A stretch of 64,000 bases of DNA. It comes from Myxococcales bacterium. GTDB taxonomy: Bacteria > Myxococcota > Myxococcia > Myxococcales > JAJYLH01. The stretch is taken from assembly GCA_021787845.1 (NCBI GenBank), contig JAJYLH010000001.1:238736-302735 (forward strand). Direction: 5' to 3'. A model generated the notes under the pieces. That model saw nothing but the letters and a program-made list of their open reading frames with translations, was not told the DNA's origin and made no database searches. A program made the position numbers and the translations under genes. This document shows, one piece after another, positions 26,926 through 36,454 of this stretch (position 1 is its first letter; the number at the start of each line of letters is the position of its first letter).

Positions 26926-28449
26926 CTAGGGCGTGTCGGCCGGCGGCGCTCCGGCTCCCCCTTCGGGGTCCCCGCCGGCACCGCTTCCGCCAGGCCGATG
27001 ATGGCGGCGGCGCCGGTGATGGCGACCGCTCTTGGCGGGCGCCGGTGCTTCGGGGCTCTTCGCTCCCGCCGGCGGATGCGCCTCGGCCGCGCCCGCCGCC
27101 GGTTTCGCCTCCGGCCTCGCCTTCTGCGGCGTGGGCTCCACTTCCGGGGTCGCCGGAAGCCGGCGGGGGCGGGGCAGCGGCGGCGCGGACTTCGCTTCGG
27201 CGGCGATGGGCGGCGTGCCGGCGTCCCCTTCGAGCGGCGTCGCCGGGTGGGCCCGCGGATGGTGCGATCCCCGGCGCGGTCGAGGTGGCCCCGGCCGATC
27301 GGTCGCGTTCGGGGGGAGGCTCGCTGCTGCCGGCCCTCCGCGCGCGCTCTCGACCGGCGCCCGCGGGTCCCTCGGCATTCCAGGAGCGCCTCCATGAGGC
27401 TTGAGCGCTGCCGGAGATCGGCTCTGCTCATGCCGAGAAGATGCGCTCCCGGGTGGCGACGGTTCGGTTGGCGCCGATCGCCCCTGGGCCCGCAGGGGAG
27501 CTGCTGCGGCGGGAAGGCCCTCGGCGCTGGTCGCGACGGTACGGGGAGCGGCTGCCCTCCCGGAATCCTCCTGCGCTCCTGTCGTCACCGGAGCCGGCGT
27601 GCCGAGCGGAGAGATCTCCGTGGCCGGCAGCTCGACCGACTCGCCGCCGACCAGGACCCGTACCGTTCCCCGCAGCGCGTACACGTCGACGACCTTCCCC
27701 ACGCCGCGCGGGCAGGTCACCTGCTTGCCGATTTTCGGCAGGCCCTTGCGCAGGTCCTTGTACGTCGCCTGTTCGTAGGCGAGGCAGCACAAGAGCCGCC
27801 CGCAGACGCCGGTGACGCTCTGCGGGTTGAGCGCGAGCCCCTGGTCCTTCGCCATCTTGATGCTGACCGGGGCGAATGCCCGCATCCAGGAGGAGCAGCA
27901 GGTTTCGCGCCCGCAGGGGCCGAGGGCGCCGAGAATCTTCGCCTCGTCGCGCGGGCCGACCACCCGCATCTCGACCCGCGTCCGCAGCCGCTGCGCGAGA
28001 TCCCGCACCAGCGTGCGGAAGTCGACCCGCTCCTCGCTCGCGAAATAGAAGGTCACCTTCTCGTTCGAGTGCGCCCAGTCGGCCGCGATCAGCTTGATGT
28101 CGAGCTTGAGCTGGCGGGCCCGGGTCGCGCAGAAGACGAGCGCCTCCCGTTCATTCTCGCGATGGGACTTCTCCCGCGAGAGGTCCCGTTCGGTCGCCAC
28201 GCGCACGACGCGGGCGCTCGGCGTCGAGGACCGCGCGCGCAGGGGCTCGGGCTGTGGCGTTCCCACCGTCCAGCCGAGCGCCTCGCCGTGCTCGGTCGGG
28301 ACGACCACCCGGGTGCCGTGGGGGAGCTCGAGCGCGCCCGCGTCGAACTCTTGAACCGTCGCGGCCGCGCGGCGCAGTTGCACGCTGACGAACCGGCGCG
28401 GCGCCGGCTCGCTCGGGCTGGTTTCCTCGGTCGGCGCTGGTTCGCTCAC
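26926..28449 (-). CDS. PSP1 C-terminal-domain protein (RicT/YaaT-like) with a long Pro/Ala-rich C-terminal extension
   Basis: PSP1 core (LVFCATRARQLKLDIKLIAADWAHSNEKVTFYFASEERVDFRTLVRDLAQRLRTRVEMR ... CGRETCC). No in-frame ATG precedes the domain, so a GTG start (VSEPAPTEE) with an upstream GGAGACGAG is proposed; the start is uncertain. Confidence 0.55.
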   Translation of the reverse strand: MSEPAPTEETSPSEPAPRRFVSVQLRRAAATVQEFDAGALELPHGTRVVVPTEHGEALGWTVGTPQPEPLRARSSTPSARVVRVATERDLSREKSHRENEREALVFCATRARQLKLDIKLIAADWAHSNEKVTFYFASEERVDFRTLVRDLAQRLRTRVEMRVVGPRDEAKILGALGPCGRETCCSSWMRAFAPVSIKMAKDQGLALNPQSVTGVCGRLLCCLAYEQATYKDLRKGLPKIGKQVTCPRGVGKVVDVYALRGTVRVLVGGESVELPATEISPLGTPAPVTTGAQEDSGRAAAPRTVATSAEGLPAAAAPLRAQGRSAPTEPSPPGSASSRHEQSRSPAALKPHGGAPGMPRDPRAPVESARGGPAAASLPPNATDRPGPPRPRRGSHHPRAHPATPLEGDAGTPPIAAEAKSAPPLPRPRRLPATPEVEPTPQKARPEAKPAAGAAEAHPPAGAKSPEAPAPAKSGRHHRRRRHHRPGGSGAGGDPEGGAGAPPADTP

Positions 28450-28712
28450 CGCTTCTGGCTCGTCTCCCTCGGGGGAGCGAACCTCTTTATCGCCACCTGG
28501 CAGCCGGCACCACTGGAATCTCAAATGGCGGCGAGCCGTCGGGCGCTGGCGAGCTGGAACCGAATCATCGGAACGGTCCCGCGCCCCTCGTTCCGGCTCG
28601 TCCTGAACGCTCTCGGGCGGGCGGGAACCCGAGCCCGTCGCCGTTCGACTGCGCCGAGGGTGAGCGGTCCAGGACGGCGTGGCCCGTGCCCGGTCGTTCC
28701 CTCCCCGGCCAC

Positions 28713-29165
28713 CTAGCGCGTGCCGGAGTTGGTCCAGACCATCCGCTCGAGGCCGGTGCTCTTGAACCCCCGCCGGCCGAGATAGTCGCGCGCCGTTCCG
28801 AGGCTCGCGCACAGCTCGACCTGCTTGCAGCCGAGCATGCGGGCGCGGGCGAGCGCGCGCTCGAGCAGTTCGCTGCCGATGCCGCGGCGCCGCATCGGCT
28901 CGGTGACGACGAGCGAGTCGATGTACGCCGCGCGGCCGCCGACCTCCAGGGTCGGCCGGTGTGCGAGCGCGACGAGGCCGACCCCCCGGTCGAGGGGGTC
29001 GACCGCGAGCAGGACTTCGATTTCCGGGTGCGAGACGATCCACGACAGCGCGCTCGACTGCTCGGAAACCGCAATCGCGATACCCAGCTCGCCCAGCAGG
29101 CGGTAGATCGAATCGCGGTCCCCCCGACGGGCCTGGCGAACCTTGATGCCGTCGGGCAGCGGCAT
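28713..29165 (-). CDS. GNAT-family N-acetyltransferase
   Basis: 150 aa with the acetyl-CoA motif RRRGIGSELLERA. Confidence 0.7.
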   Translation of the reverse strand: MPLPDGIKVRQARRGDRDSIYRLLGELGIAIAVSEQSSALSWIVSHPEIEVLLAVDPLDRGVGLVALAHRPTLEVGGRAAYIDSLVVTEPMRRRGIGSELLERALARARMLGCKQVELCASLGTARDYLGRRGFKSTGLERMVWTNSGTR

Positions 29166-29216
29166 GAGCGCCTCCCTTGCCTCGACGCGAAGGGTAGGCA
29201 GGCGCCACGGGGCGGG

Positions 29217-30326
29217 TCAATTTTTTCGTGCCCTGGCGCTCTCGCCGATCACCTCGTCGAGGGTCTGCCCCCGTTCGCGAAGCTTTCGCGCGAGCCCGCG
29301 GCTCAGCGCTCGGACGAACGTCGGGCCTTCGTAGATGAGGCCCGTGTAGATCTCGACCAGGCTGGCGCCGGCGCGAAACAGCTCCCAGGCGTCTTCCGCC
29401 GAGAGAACGCCACCGCTGCCGATGACCAGGAGCCGTCCCCCGCTGCGGGAGTACACCCGCTCGACCACCGCGCGCGCCCGGGACGCGAGCGGCGCGCCGG
29501 AGAGCCCGCCTGGGCCGCAGCGCTGCACCTTGTCGGGAGCGGTCACGAGCCCTTCGCGGGAGGTGGTGGTGTTGGTCGCAATCACCCCGGCGAGGCCCAG
29601 GTCGAGCGCGAGGTCGACCACGTCGTCCACCTCCGGGTCCAAGAGGTCTGGCGCGATCTTCACGAGCACCGGGAGCGGTTCGGCCCCTCGTTTCTTGGCG
29701 AGGGCGGCGTTCTGGCGGGTGATCGCCCCGAGCAGCCCGCGCAGCTCATCCTTCGCCTGGAGGTCGCGCAGCCCTGCGGTGTTGGGGGAGCTGACGTTCA
29801 CCGCGAAATAGGTCGCGAACGGCCAGAGGCGCTCGAGGCTCTCCACGTAGTCGCCGGCCGCCTCCGCGTTGGGCGTCGCCTTCGACTTGCCGATGTTGAC
29901 GCCGAGCACGGTCCGGCTCCGCGCCCGCGCGAGCGCTCTCGCCATCGCCTGCGCGCCCAGGTTGTTGAAGCCGAAGCGGTTGACGAGGGCCCGGTCGGCC
30001 GGAAGCCGGAAGAGCCGCGGGCGGGGGTTGCCCGGCTGCGGCCGAGCGGTGACGGTGCCGACCTCGACGAAGGAGAAGCCCAGCGCCGACAGGGCGTCGA
30101 ACCACCGCGCGTCCTTGTCGAACCCGGCCGCGAGGCCGATGGGGCTGGCGAGCTCGCGCCCGAAGCGGCGGACCCGCAGGACCGGCTCGCGCGGGAAGAG
30201 CCGCCAGCGCACGAGCGCCCGGACGCAGGGCAGGCGCATCGAGAAGGCGAAGAGCGCCATGGCGAAGCGGTGGGCGCGCTCGGCGTCCAGGCAGAACAGG
30301 AGCGGTCTCAGGAAGCGTCGCCACAT
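29217..30326 (-). CDS. pyrD: dihydroorotate dehydrogenase (quinone), class 2
   Basis: GLAAGFDKD, NRFGFNN, GVNIGKSK, the FMN-binding GVIATNTT, and the catalytic Ser region are present. Start chosen at MWRRF. Confidence 0.9.
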   Translation of the reverse strand: MWRRFLRPLLFCLDAERAHRFAMALFAFSMRLPCVRALVRWRLFPREPVLRVRRFGRELASPIGLAAGFDKDARWFDALSALGFSFVEVGTVTARPQPGNPRPRLFRLPADRALVNRFGFNNLGAQAMARALARARSRTVLGVNIGKSKATPNAEAAGDYVESLERLWPFATYFAVNVSSPNTAGLRDLQAKDELRGLLGAITRQNAALAKKRGAEPLPVLVKIAPDLLDPEVDDVVDLALDLGLAGVIATNTTTSREGLVTAPDKVQRCGPGGLSGAPLASRARAVVERVYSRSGGRLLVIGSGGVLSAEDAWELFRAGASLVEIYTGLIYEGPTFVRALSRGLARKLRERGQTLDEVIGESARARKN

Positions 30327-30365
30327 CGGCCGGTGCCTGGTCATGGGGAGAGGCAGCGCTCTTGC

Positions 30366-30860
30366 TCACTCCACGGCCAGATCCTTGAGCATGATCAGCG
30401 CGTCTTCGCCGTCTTCCTGGTAGTAGCGCCGCCGGACGCCGACCTCGCGATAGCCGAGGCTCCCGTAGAGCTTGAGCGCTGCCGTATTGGAGCGGCGCAC
30501 TTCCAGGGTCGACAGCCGGGCGCCGTGGCGGTGGCCGTGCGCCTCGGCCTCGAGCATCAGGGTTCGGCCCGCGCCCCGGCGGCGGAAAGCGGGGTCGGTC
30601 GCGACGTTCAGGACGTGCAGCTCGTCGTGCACGAGCCAGAAGACGATGTAGCCGACGATTCGCTCGACCAGGTCCAGCGGCGCGAGGCCCGCGCGCTCCA
30701 CCGCCAGCACTGCCCGCGACCAGTCGTGCTCGAGCTCGCGTCGCATCAGCTCGAAGCTCCAGGGATGCCGGTGCGCGCTCGACTCGATCCGCATCACCTC
30801 GTCGAGGTCCAAGACGCGCATCGGCCGCAGGTGGACCTCGTGGAGGGCGCGCGCGCTCAT
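30366..30860 (-). CDS. rimI: ribosomal-protein-alanine N-acetyltransferase-like GNAT
   Basis: 164 aa with the RRRGAGRTLM acetyl-CoA loop and overall RimI-like length and organisation. Confidence 0.65.
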   Translation of the reverse strand: MSARALHEVHLRPMRVLDLDEVMRIESSAHRHPWSFELMRRELEHDWSRAVLAVERAGLAPLDLVERIVGYIVFWLVHDELHVLNVATDPAFRRRGAGRTLMLEAEAHGHRHGARLSTLEVRRSNTAALKLYGSLGYREVGVRRRYYQEDGEDALIMLKDLAVE

Positions 30861-31571
30861 CTACCGCGACCCGTTCTTCGAGGCCCCGCTCTCCGAGGCG
30901 GAGACGGTGCCCGACAGCGGCGTGTCCAATCCGGGCTGGTCCAGGTCGCGAAGGATGCGGACGCGGGCGCGCGCGCGCACGTCGCGCACGAACGCGCGCG
31001 CGAGGCGGCGAAACTTCTCCTTCCAGAGCCGCGCCCGGATGTCGCCCGCCGCCTGGTCGAAGGTCGAGCCGTCGAAGTCCGCCCGGTGCAGCAGGTAGAA
31101 GGCGCGCACCTCGACGTCGGTGGGCCGCGACGCGAGCCGGAAGCGGCCGGCGAGGTAGCGCTCCACCCGGAGGTTGCGGCGGACGATGCCCGCGAGCATC
31201 GAGGGGTCGACGTCGAAGTCGGCCAGGAACTCGGCCAGCTCCTTGGGCCCCAGCCGGTCGCCGAGGTCCGACACCGCTGCCGCCACCTCGGACATCGACA
31301 GCGCGAAGACCTGCAACCGCTCGGCCTGCTCGTAGACGACGAGCCGGTCGATCAACCGGTCGAGCGCGGCCTTGAGCTCCGCGTTCGACATCGGCATCTG
31401 GAGGGTAGGACCGCCCTCGTCCAAGGCGCGCATCAGCCGCGCCTCCACCTCGAGCTGCGAGAGGAGAATCGGCCGGTTGTCGACCACCGCCACCACCTCG
31501 TCGGCGAGCTGCGGGGCCGCGCGCGCGAGGGCGGGCGGGACGAGGGCGATGAGGAAGAAGAGCCGGGCCAC
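30861..31571 (-). CDS. SurA-N-terminal-domain-like periplasmic chaperone, hypothetical
   Basis: Signal peptide MARLFFLIALVPPALARA followed by VVAVVDNRPILLSQLE, a SurA-N-type start. It has no PPIase domain. Confidence 0.4.
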   Translation of the reverse strand: MARLFFLIALVPPALARAAPQLADEVVAVVDNRPILLSQLEVEARLMRALDEGGPTLQMPMSNAELKAALDRLIDRLVVYEQAERLQVFALSMSEVAAAVSDLGDRLGPKELAEFLADFDVDPSMLAGIVRRNLRVERYLAGRFRLASRPTDVEVRAFYLLHRADFDGSTFDQAAGDIRARLWKEKFRRLARAFVRDVRARARVRILRDLDQPGLDTPLSGTVSASESGASKNGSR

Positions 31572-31622
31572 GACCCGAGAGCTTAAGGCGTCCGCCGCGG
31601 GCGAACGAACGGCCGCGAGGAC

Positions 31623-32378
31623 CTAGGCCTTCTTCGCCCGCTCGATGAACGGCTGGATGAGCTCCATCGGCAAGGGGAAGATGGTGGTCGAGTTGTTGTC
31701 GGTGGCGATCTCCGCCAGGGTCTGCAAGTACCTGAGCTGGAGCGCTCCTGGGCTCGCGGTGATGCGGTCGGCCGCCTGGCTGAGCTTCTCGGCCGCCTGC
31801 AACTCGCCCTCGGCGGCGATGACCTTGGCCCGCCGCTCGCGCTCGGCCTCGGCCTGCGAGGCCATCGACCGCTGCATCTCCGGGGGGATGTCCACCGTCT
31901 TCACCTCGACGTTGGACACCTTGATCCCCCAGGGCTCGGTCTGGTTGTCGATGATCTCCTGGAGGATGTGGTTGACCTTCTCCCGGCTCGCGAGAAGCTC
32001 GTCGAGGTCGTGCTGGCCGAGAACGCTGCGGAGGGTCGTCTGGCCGAGCTGGCTCGTCGCGTAGAGGTAGTTCTCCACCTGGATCACCGCCTTGTCCGCC
32101 TGCACCACCCGGAAGTAGAGGACCGCGTTCACCTTGATGGAGACGTTGTCCTTGGTGATGACGTCCTGCGGCGGCACGTCGCGGGCGATGGTGCGCAGGT
32201 CGACGACCACCAGCCGGTCGACGAAGGGGATGATCCACTTCGGGCCGGCGGTCTTGTTGCCGACGTAGCGGCCGAGCCGGAAGACGACGCCGGTCTCGTA
32301 CTCGTTGATGACGCGAAAGCCCTTGACGAACAAGAGGACGAGCAAGGCGAGCGGGATCAAGATGCCGAGGGGACCCAT
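31623..32378 (-). CDS. SPFH/band-7 (stomatin-like) membrane protein
   Basis: N-terminal TM helix followed by [16 protein letters not shown] and an SPFH core with a coiled-coil tail. Confidence 0.85.
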   Translation of the reverse strand: MGPLGILIPLALLVLLFVKGFRVINEYETGVVFRLGRYVGNKTAGPKWIIPFVDRLVVVDLRTIARDVPPQDVITKDNVSIKVNAVLYFRVVQADKAVIQVENYLYATSQLGQTTLRSVLGQHDLDELLASREKVNHILQEIIDNQTEPWGIKVSNVEVKTVDIPPEMQRSMASQAEAERERRAKVIAAEGELQAAEKLSQAADRITASPGALQLRYLQTLAEIATDNNSTTIFPLPMELIQPFIERAKKA

Positions 32379-32688
32379 GACGACTCCGAAAAAGGGGTGA
32401 CGACCCCACCTTGCGGGTGGTTGAGGCCAGGGCCTTCTAGCACTTCGGACGGGGCCGTGGGGCGCTCTTGGACGCCTTCGGGCGGGTCGCGGGCGCCTTT
32501 CGAGGCCGGGCGCCCCGGGGTCTCGCCACCGGGGCCGGCGGGGTGGACGCCGGGCCGGAGACGAAGAAAGCTGTTTTCAAGGCGCGCGGGATGGCCTATA
32601 GGTGGCGACCTTCCGGCGACGGGGCCGGCAATCGACGGCGCGACTCTTTGGCGAGCGCGCGGTTTCACTCAAAGGAGAGAGGAACAAG

Positions 32689-33036
32689 ATGGCGAAGGCA
32701 GCGGCAAAGACCGGCGTGAAGAAAGCGAGCGGCAAGCTGACGAAGGCGGGGCTCATCACCGCCATCGCCGACCAGCTCGGCGAGGAGACCTCCCGCAAGC
32801 AGGTCAAGAGCGTTCTCGAGACCCTCACGGACATCGGCCACAAGGAGCTGAAGAAGAGCGGCATCTTCGTCCTTCCGGGCTTCGCGAAGTACGTGGTGGT
32901 CAAGCGGCCGGCGAGGCCGGCGCGCGAGGGCATCAACCCGTTCACCAAGGAGAAGACGACGTTCGCGGCGAAGCCGGCGACCAAGGTCGTGCGCGCCCGC
33001 CCGGTGAAGGCCCTCAAGGACGCGATCCAGGGCTAG
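32689..33036 (+). CDS. HU-family DNA-binding protein with Lys/Ala-rich terminal extensions
   Basis: Starts MAKAAAKTGVKKASGKLTKAGLITAIADQLGE; the HU fold includes GFGKF-equivalent FVLPGFAKYVVVKRPAR. An AAAGGAGAGAGG RBS lies upstream. The core is internal to track ORF 32602..33036. Confidence 0.85.
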   Translation: MAKAAAKTGVKKASGKLTKAGLITAIADQLGEETSRKQVKSVLETLTDIGHKELKKSGIFVLPGFAKYVVVKRPARPAREGINPFTKEKTTFAAKPATKVVRARPVKALKDAIQG

Positions 33037-33098
33037 GGCTTGCGGTAGCGCTCCCGGTCACCAGGACCGGAGCGGCTGAACAGAACGGCTGATGAGAC

Positions 33099-33146
33099 CG
33101 TGGTGGCTTCGGGCGCTCAGGCTCGAAGCCACCATGCGTTTCTCCT
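33099..33146 (+). terminator. putative intrinsic terminator after the HU gene
   Basis: GTGGTGGCTTCG-N12-CGAAGCCACCA hairpin followed by TGCGTTTCTCCTCT. It lies between convergent genes. Confidence 0.35.
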
Positions 33147-33412
33147 CTCCACGAGGCGTGCCGCGCCTCGAGAATCAGCCTTCACCGGCTTTCCGGTTCG
33201 CATGGCGCGGGCTGACGCTCCGCGACCCAAACCGCAGGATGGGTGAGGCGGAGCCCATCACCTGGGCGCTCGCGGGAGACGATGGGCTCCGCTGCCGCTC
33301 CGCTCATCCGACGAGACGGCGCGCCGGGCCGAGAGTCTGCGGCGGCACGAGGGTCTTGCGGCTCAGGAGATCAGTTGCCTCGAGCGCTGAACCTGAGCGA
33401 ACCCGAAGCCCA

Positions 33413-35350
33413 TCAGCCTTCTTCGAGACGCGCCTGGACCTCGGCCCACCGTTCGTAGAGCGCTTCCAGCTCCGCCCGGGCGCTCCGGTAGGCCGACAGG
33501 TGCGGCTTCGCCCGCTCGAAGTCGGCGAAGAGCTCCGGGGTGGCGAGGGCGGCCTCGGATTCCTTCGCGACCCGCTCCAGCTCGGCGATGCGGCGCTCCA
33601 GCCGGGCGACCTCCTCGCGCAGAGGCCGCTCGCGAGCGCTCCTGGCCTGCCGCGCCTCTGCCTCCAGGCGTTTGCGCTCCTTCTCACCTGCGGCGGCCCG
33701 GCTCGGCGTCTGGCTCCCGCCCGGCGGGAGCGCAGCCGGCCCCTGGAGGCGCAGGTGGCTCCAGTAGTCGTCCAGGTTCCCCGGCCACTCGTGCACCCGC
33801 CGGTCCTTCACCTCCCAGGTCCTGGTCGCGAGCTGGTTGACGAAGGAGAGGTTGTGGGACACGAAGACGAGCGTGCCGCCGTAGTCCGCGAGCGCGCGGA
33901 TGAGGGCCTCCGAGGAGTCCAGGTCGAGGTGGTTCGTCGGCTCGTCCATCAGGAGCAGGTTCGAGGGCACGACGAGGAGCCGCGCCAGCGCGACCCGCGC
34001 CCGCTCGCCGCCCGAAAGAACGGAGATCGTCTTGTCGACGTCGTCGCCGGAGAACAGGAACGCGCCGAGGACGCCGCGGACGAAGGAAGGTGGCTTGTCC
34101 GGAACGAGCTGAGCGATTTCGTCGAGAACGGTCTTCATCGGGTCGAGCTGGGCGGAGTGGTGCTGCGCGAAATAGCCGATGGAGACGTGGGGTCCCGGAG
34201 CGACGGCGCCCGCGTCGGGCACGAGCTCTCCGGCGGCGATTCTGAGGAGCGTCGTCTTCCCCGCGCCGTTGGCCCCGACGATGGCGATGCGCTCGCCGCG
34301 CAAGACCTTGAGCGAGAGGCCCTCGAACACCACGTGGCCGCCGAAGCGGTGCCCGACGGCCTCGAGCCGCAGCACCTCGCGGCCGGAGCGCGCCACCTCG
34401 GGGAATCGGAACTGGACGGTCTTGCGCTCCGCGAGCGTCTCGATCCGCTCCTCGCGCTCGAGCATCCTCTCCCGGCTCTGGACCTGCCTCGCCTTGGTCG
34501 CCTTGGCGCGAAAGCGCTCGATGAAGGCTTCGGTCTCCGCCCGCTTCTTCGCCTGCCGCTCGGCCCGGCTCCGCAGTTGCTCCGCCTCCCGGGAGCGCTG
34601 CTGCCGATAGGCGTCGTAGTCGCCCGGGTAGCTGCGCAGCCCTTCCGGCTCGAAGGAGAGGACCCGCGCGATCTGCCGGTTCAGGAAGTCCCGGTCGTGG
34701 CTGACGAGAACGATGGCGTGACGGGTCTTCTGGAGGAATTCGTCGAACCAGGCGAGGCTCGGCACGTCCAGGTGGTTCGTCGGCTCGTCGAGCAGGAGCA
34801 GGTCCGGATCGGTCAAGAGGAGACCGGCGAGGGCGGCCCGCATCTTCCAGCCTCCCGAGAGCTCTCCCGTGGGGCGTTCGAGCTCACCGGGACCGAAGCC
34901 GAGTCCCAGCAGAATCTCCTCCGCGCGATGGCGTCCGAACCGGGCGTCGAAGTGCGCCAGGAGGTCCTCGAGGTCGGCGAGCCGCTGCGCCAGGTCGAGC
35001 TGCTCGGCTTCATCGGTCTCGGTCAGTAGCGCCGCTTCTATCTCCTCGTGCTCGGTGGTGAGCTTCAACCGGCCCGGAACCTGCCGCATCACCGCCTCGG
35101 CGAGTGGCCCGTCGGGAACGTTCGACAGCTCCTGCGGCAGGTAGGCGACACGGGTGCCGCTCACCCGCTGCACCTCGCCGGAGTCGGGCTCCAGCTCGCC
35201 CGCGAGCAGGCGCAGGAGCGTCGATTTGCCGGCGCCGTTCGGGCCGACGAGCCCGACGCGGTCGGTCGGGGACAGCGCGAACGACTCCTCGTCGAGCAGG
35301 ATCTTCGGACCGTGACGCACGCTGAGCGCCTGGGCGAAGACGAGGCTCAT
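33413..35350 (-). CDS. ABC-F family ATPase (two tandem ABC domains, no TMD)
   Basis: Two Walker A sites (GPNGAGKST, GANGAGKTT), two LSGG signatures and a C-terminal coiled coil. Confidence 0.85.
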   Translation of the reverse strand: MSLVFAQALSVRHGPKILLDEESFALSPTDRVGLVGPNGAGKSTLLRLLAGELEPDSGEVQRVSGTRVAYLPQELSNVPDGPLAEAVMRQVPGRLKLTTEHEEIEAALLTETDEAEQLDLAQRLADLEDLLAHFDARFGRHRAEEILLGLGFGPGELERPTGELSGGWKMRAALAGLLLTDPDLLLLDEPTNHLDVPSLAWFDEFLQKTRHAIVLVSHDRDFLNRQIARVLSFEPEGLRSYPGDYDAYRQQRSREAEQLRSRAERQAKKRAETEAFIERFRAKATKARQVQSRERMLEREERIETLAERKTVQFRFPEVARSGREVLRLEAVGHRFGGHVVFEGLSLKVLRGERIAIVGANGAGKTTLLRIAAGELVPDAGAVAPGPHVSIGYFAQHHSAQLDPMKTVLDEIAQLVPDKPPSFVRGVLGAFLFSGDDVDKTISVLSGGERARVALARLLVVPSNLLLMDEPTNHLDLDSSEALIRALADYGGTLVFVSHNLSFVNQLATRTWEVKDRRVHEWPGNLDDYWSHLRLQGPAALPPGGSQTPSRAAAGEKERKRLEAEARQARSARERPLREEVARLERRIAELERVAKESEAALATPELFADFERAKPHLSAYRSARAELEALYERWAEVQARLEEG

Positions 35351-35430
35351 GCCCCGCCCTTAACATGGGCCGCGCCGGGCGCGCTGCTGCTTGACGCCAG
35401 CCGAGGCGCCGCGCTATCTCGACCTCCAGC

Positions 35431-35516
35431 GCCGGAGTGGCGGAACGGTAGACGCGCCGGACTCAAAATCCGGTACCCGCAAGGGTGTGTGGGTTCGATT
35501 CCCTCCTCCGGTACCA
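35431..35516 (+). tRNA. tRNA-Leu (anticodon CAA), CCA encoded
   Basis: GCCGGAGTGGCGGAACGGTAGACGCGCCGGACTCAAAATCCGGTACCCGCAAGGGTGTGTGGGTTCGATTCCCTCCTCCGGTACCA. The anticodon stem is CCGGA/TCCGG with loop CTCAAAA, and the long variable arm is typical of Leu. Coordinates are accurate to about 1 nt. Confidence 0.85.
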
Positions 35517-35647
35517 ATTCCGCGCCAGCCCTTTCGTAGACCGACGCCGGTCTCGGCCAGCGAAAGGGCTATCGTTTCGCTCGAAGCGGAGGGTCGGCCG
35601 GCCGTCGTCCAGAGAGCCGGAAGCCCGCTGGGTGGAGCGTCGCGGCG

Positions 35648-36454
35648 ATGGACCTGCGTCTCTACGCGCATCGCGGGGCGTCGCGGCGCCTGCCGGAGAA
35701 CACGCTGCCGGCGTTCGAGCGGGGCCTTTCCGACGGCGCGACCGCGCTCGAGCTGGACGTGCATCGAACGGCGGATGGCGCGGTGGTCGTGTCGCACGAC
35801 GCGGACGGACGCCGGATGGCGGGCACGGCGCAGTCGATCGCGGCGACGCCGCTGGATGCGCTCCGCCGCTGGGACGCGGGCTGGGGCTTCGTCGACCGGG
35901 CCGGGGGGCGCCCCTTCGCCGGGCAGGGCTTCACGATTCCCACGTTCGAAGAGGTGTTGCAGGCCTTTCCAGCGACGCCGCTGAATGTCGACCTCAAGGA
36001 TCCCGACGCGCGGCTCGTGCGGTCGGCCGTCGAGCTCGTCGCGCGCGCGGGCGCGGACGCGCGGGTGACGCTCGCGAGCTTCGAGGGAGCGAATCTCGCG
36101 GAGGTCCGGCGGCTGGGCTATCGGGGGCCGGCAGCGCTGTCGCCCAACGCGGCGCGCTGGCTGGTGCTCGCCCCGCGATGGCTGTCGACCCTGGTTCGGC
36201 CCCGCGGCGACGCGCTTGAGGTGCCGCCGCGGACGGGGCGCTTCCGGCTCGACCGGCCGAAGCTGATTGCCCAGGCCCATGCGCTCGGCCTCCGGGTCGA
36301 CTTCTGGGTCGTCGACGATCCGGCGCAGGCGAGGCAGCTCTGGACCGCGGGCGCCGACGGAATCGTGACCAACGATCCGGCCGCGATCGCACCGGTCTTC
36401 CAGGAGCAACGCGCCGCCCGCGATCGCGCCAGAACGGGGGGACCCGCCGGCTAG
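35648..36454 (+). CDS. glycerophosphodiester phosphodiesterase family protein
   Basis: HRG motif (AHRGASRRLPENTLPAFE), E...D...H catalytic pattern, and DFWVVDD near the C-terminus. Confidence 0.8.
   Translation: MDLRLYAHRGASRRLPENTLPAFERGLSDGATALELDVHRTADGAVVVSHDADGRRMAGTAQSIAATPLDALRRWDAGWGFVDRAGGRPFAGQGFTIPTFEEVLQAFPATPLNVDLKDPDARLVRSAVELVARAGADARVTLASFEGANLAEVRRLGYRGPAALSPNAARWLVLAPRWLSTLVRPRGDALEVPPRTGRFRLDRPKLIAQAHALGLRVDFWVVDDPAQARQLWTAGADGIVTNDPAAIAPVFQEQRAARDRARTGGPAG

Noticed and set aside
29746-32409. 887-aa minus-strand ORF
   Set aside because: It overlaps pyrD, rimI, the SurA-like gene and the SPFH gene, each of which has a better frame. It is Arg/Pro/Gly-rich noise.
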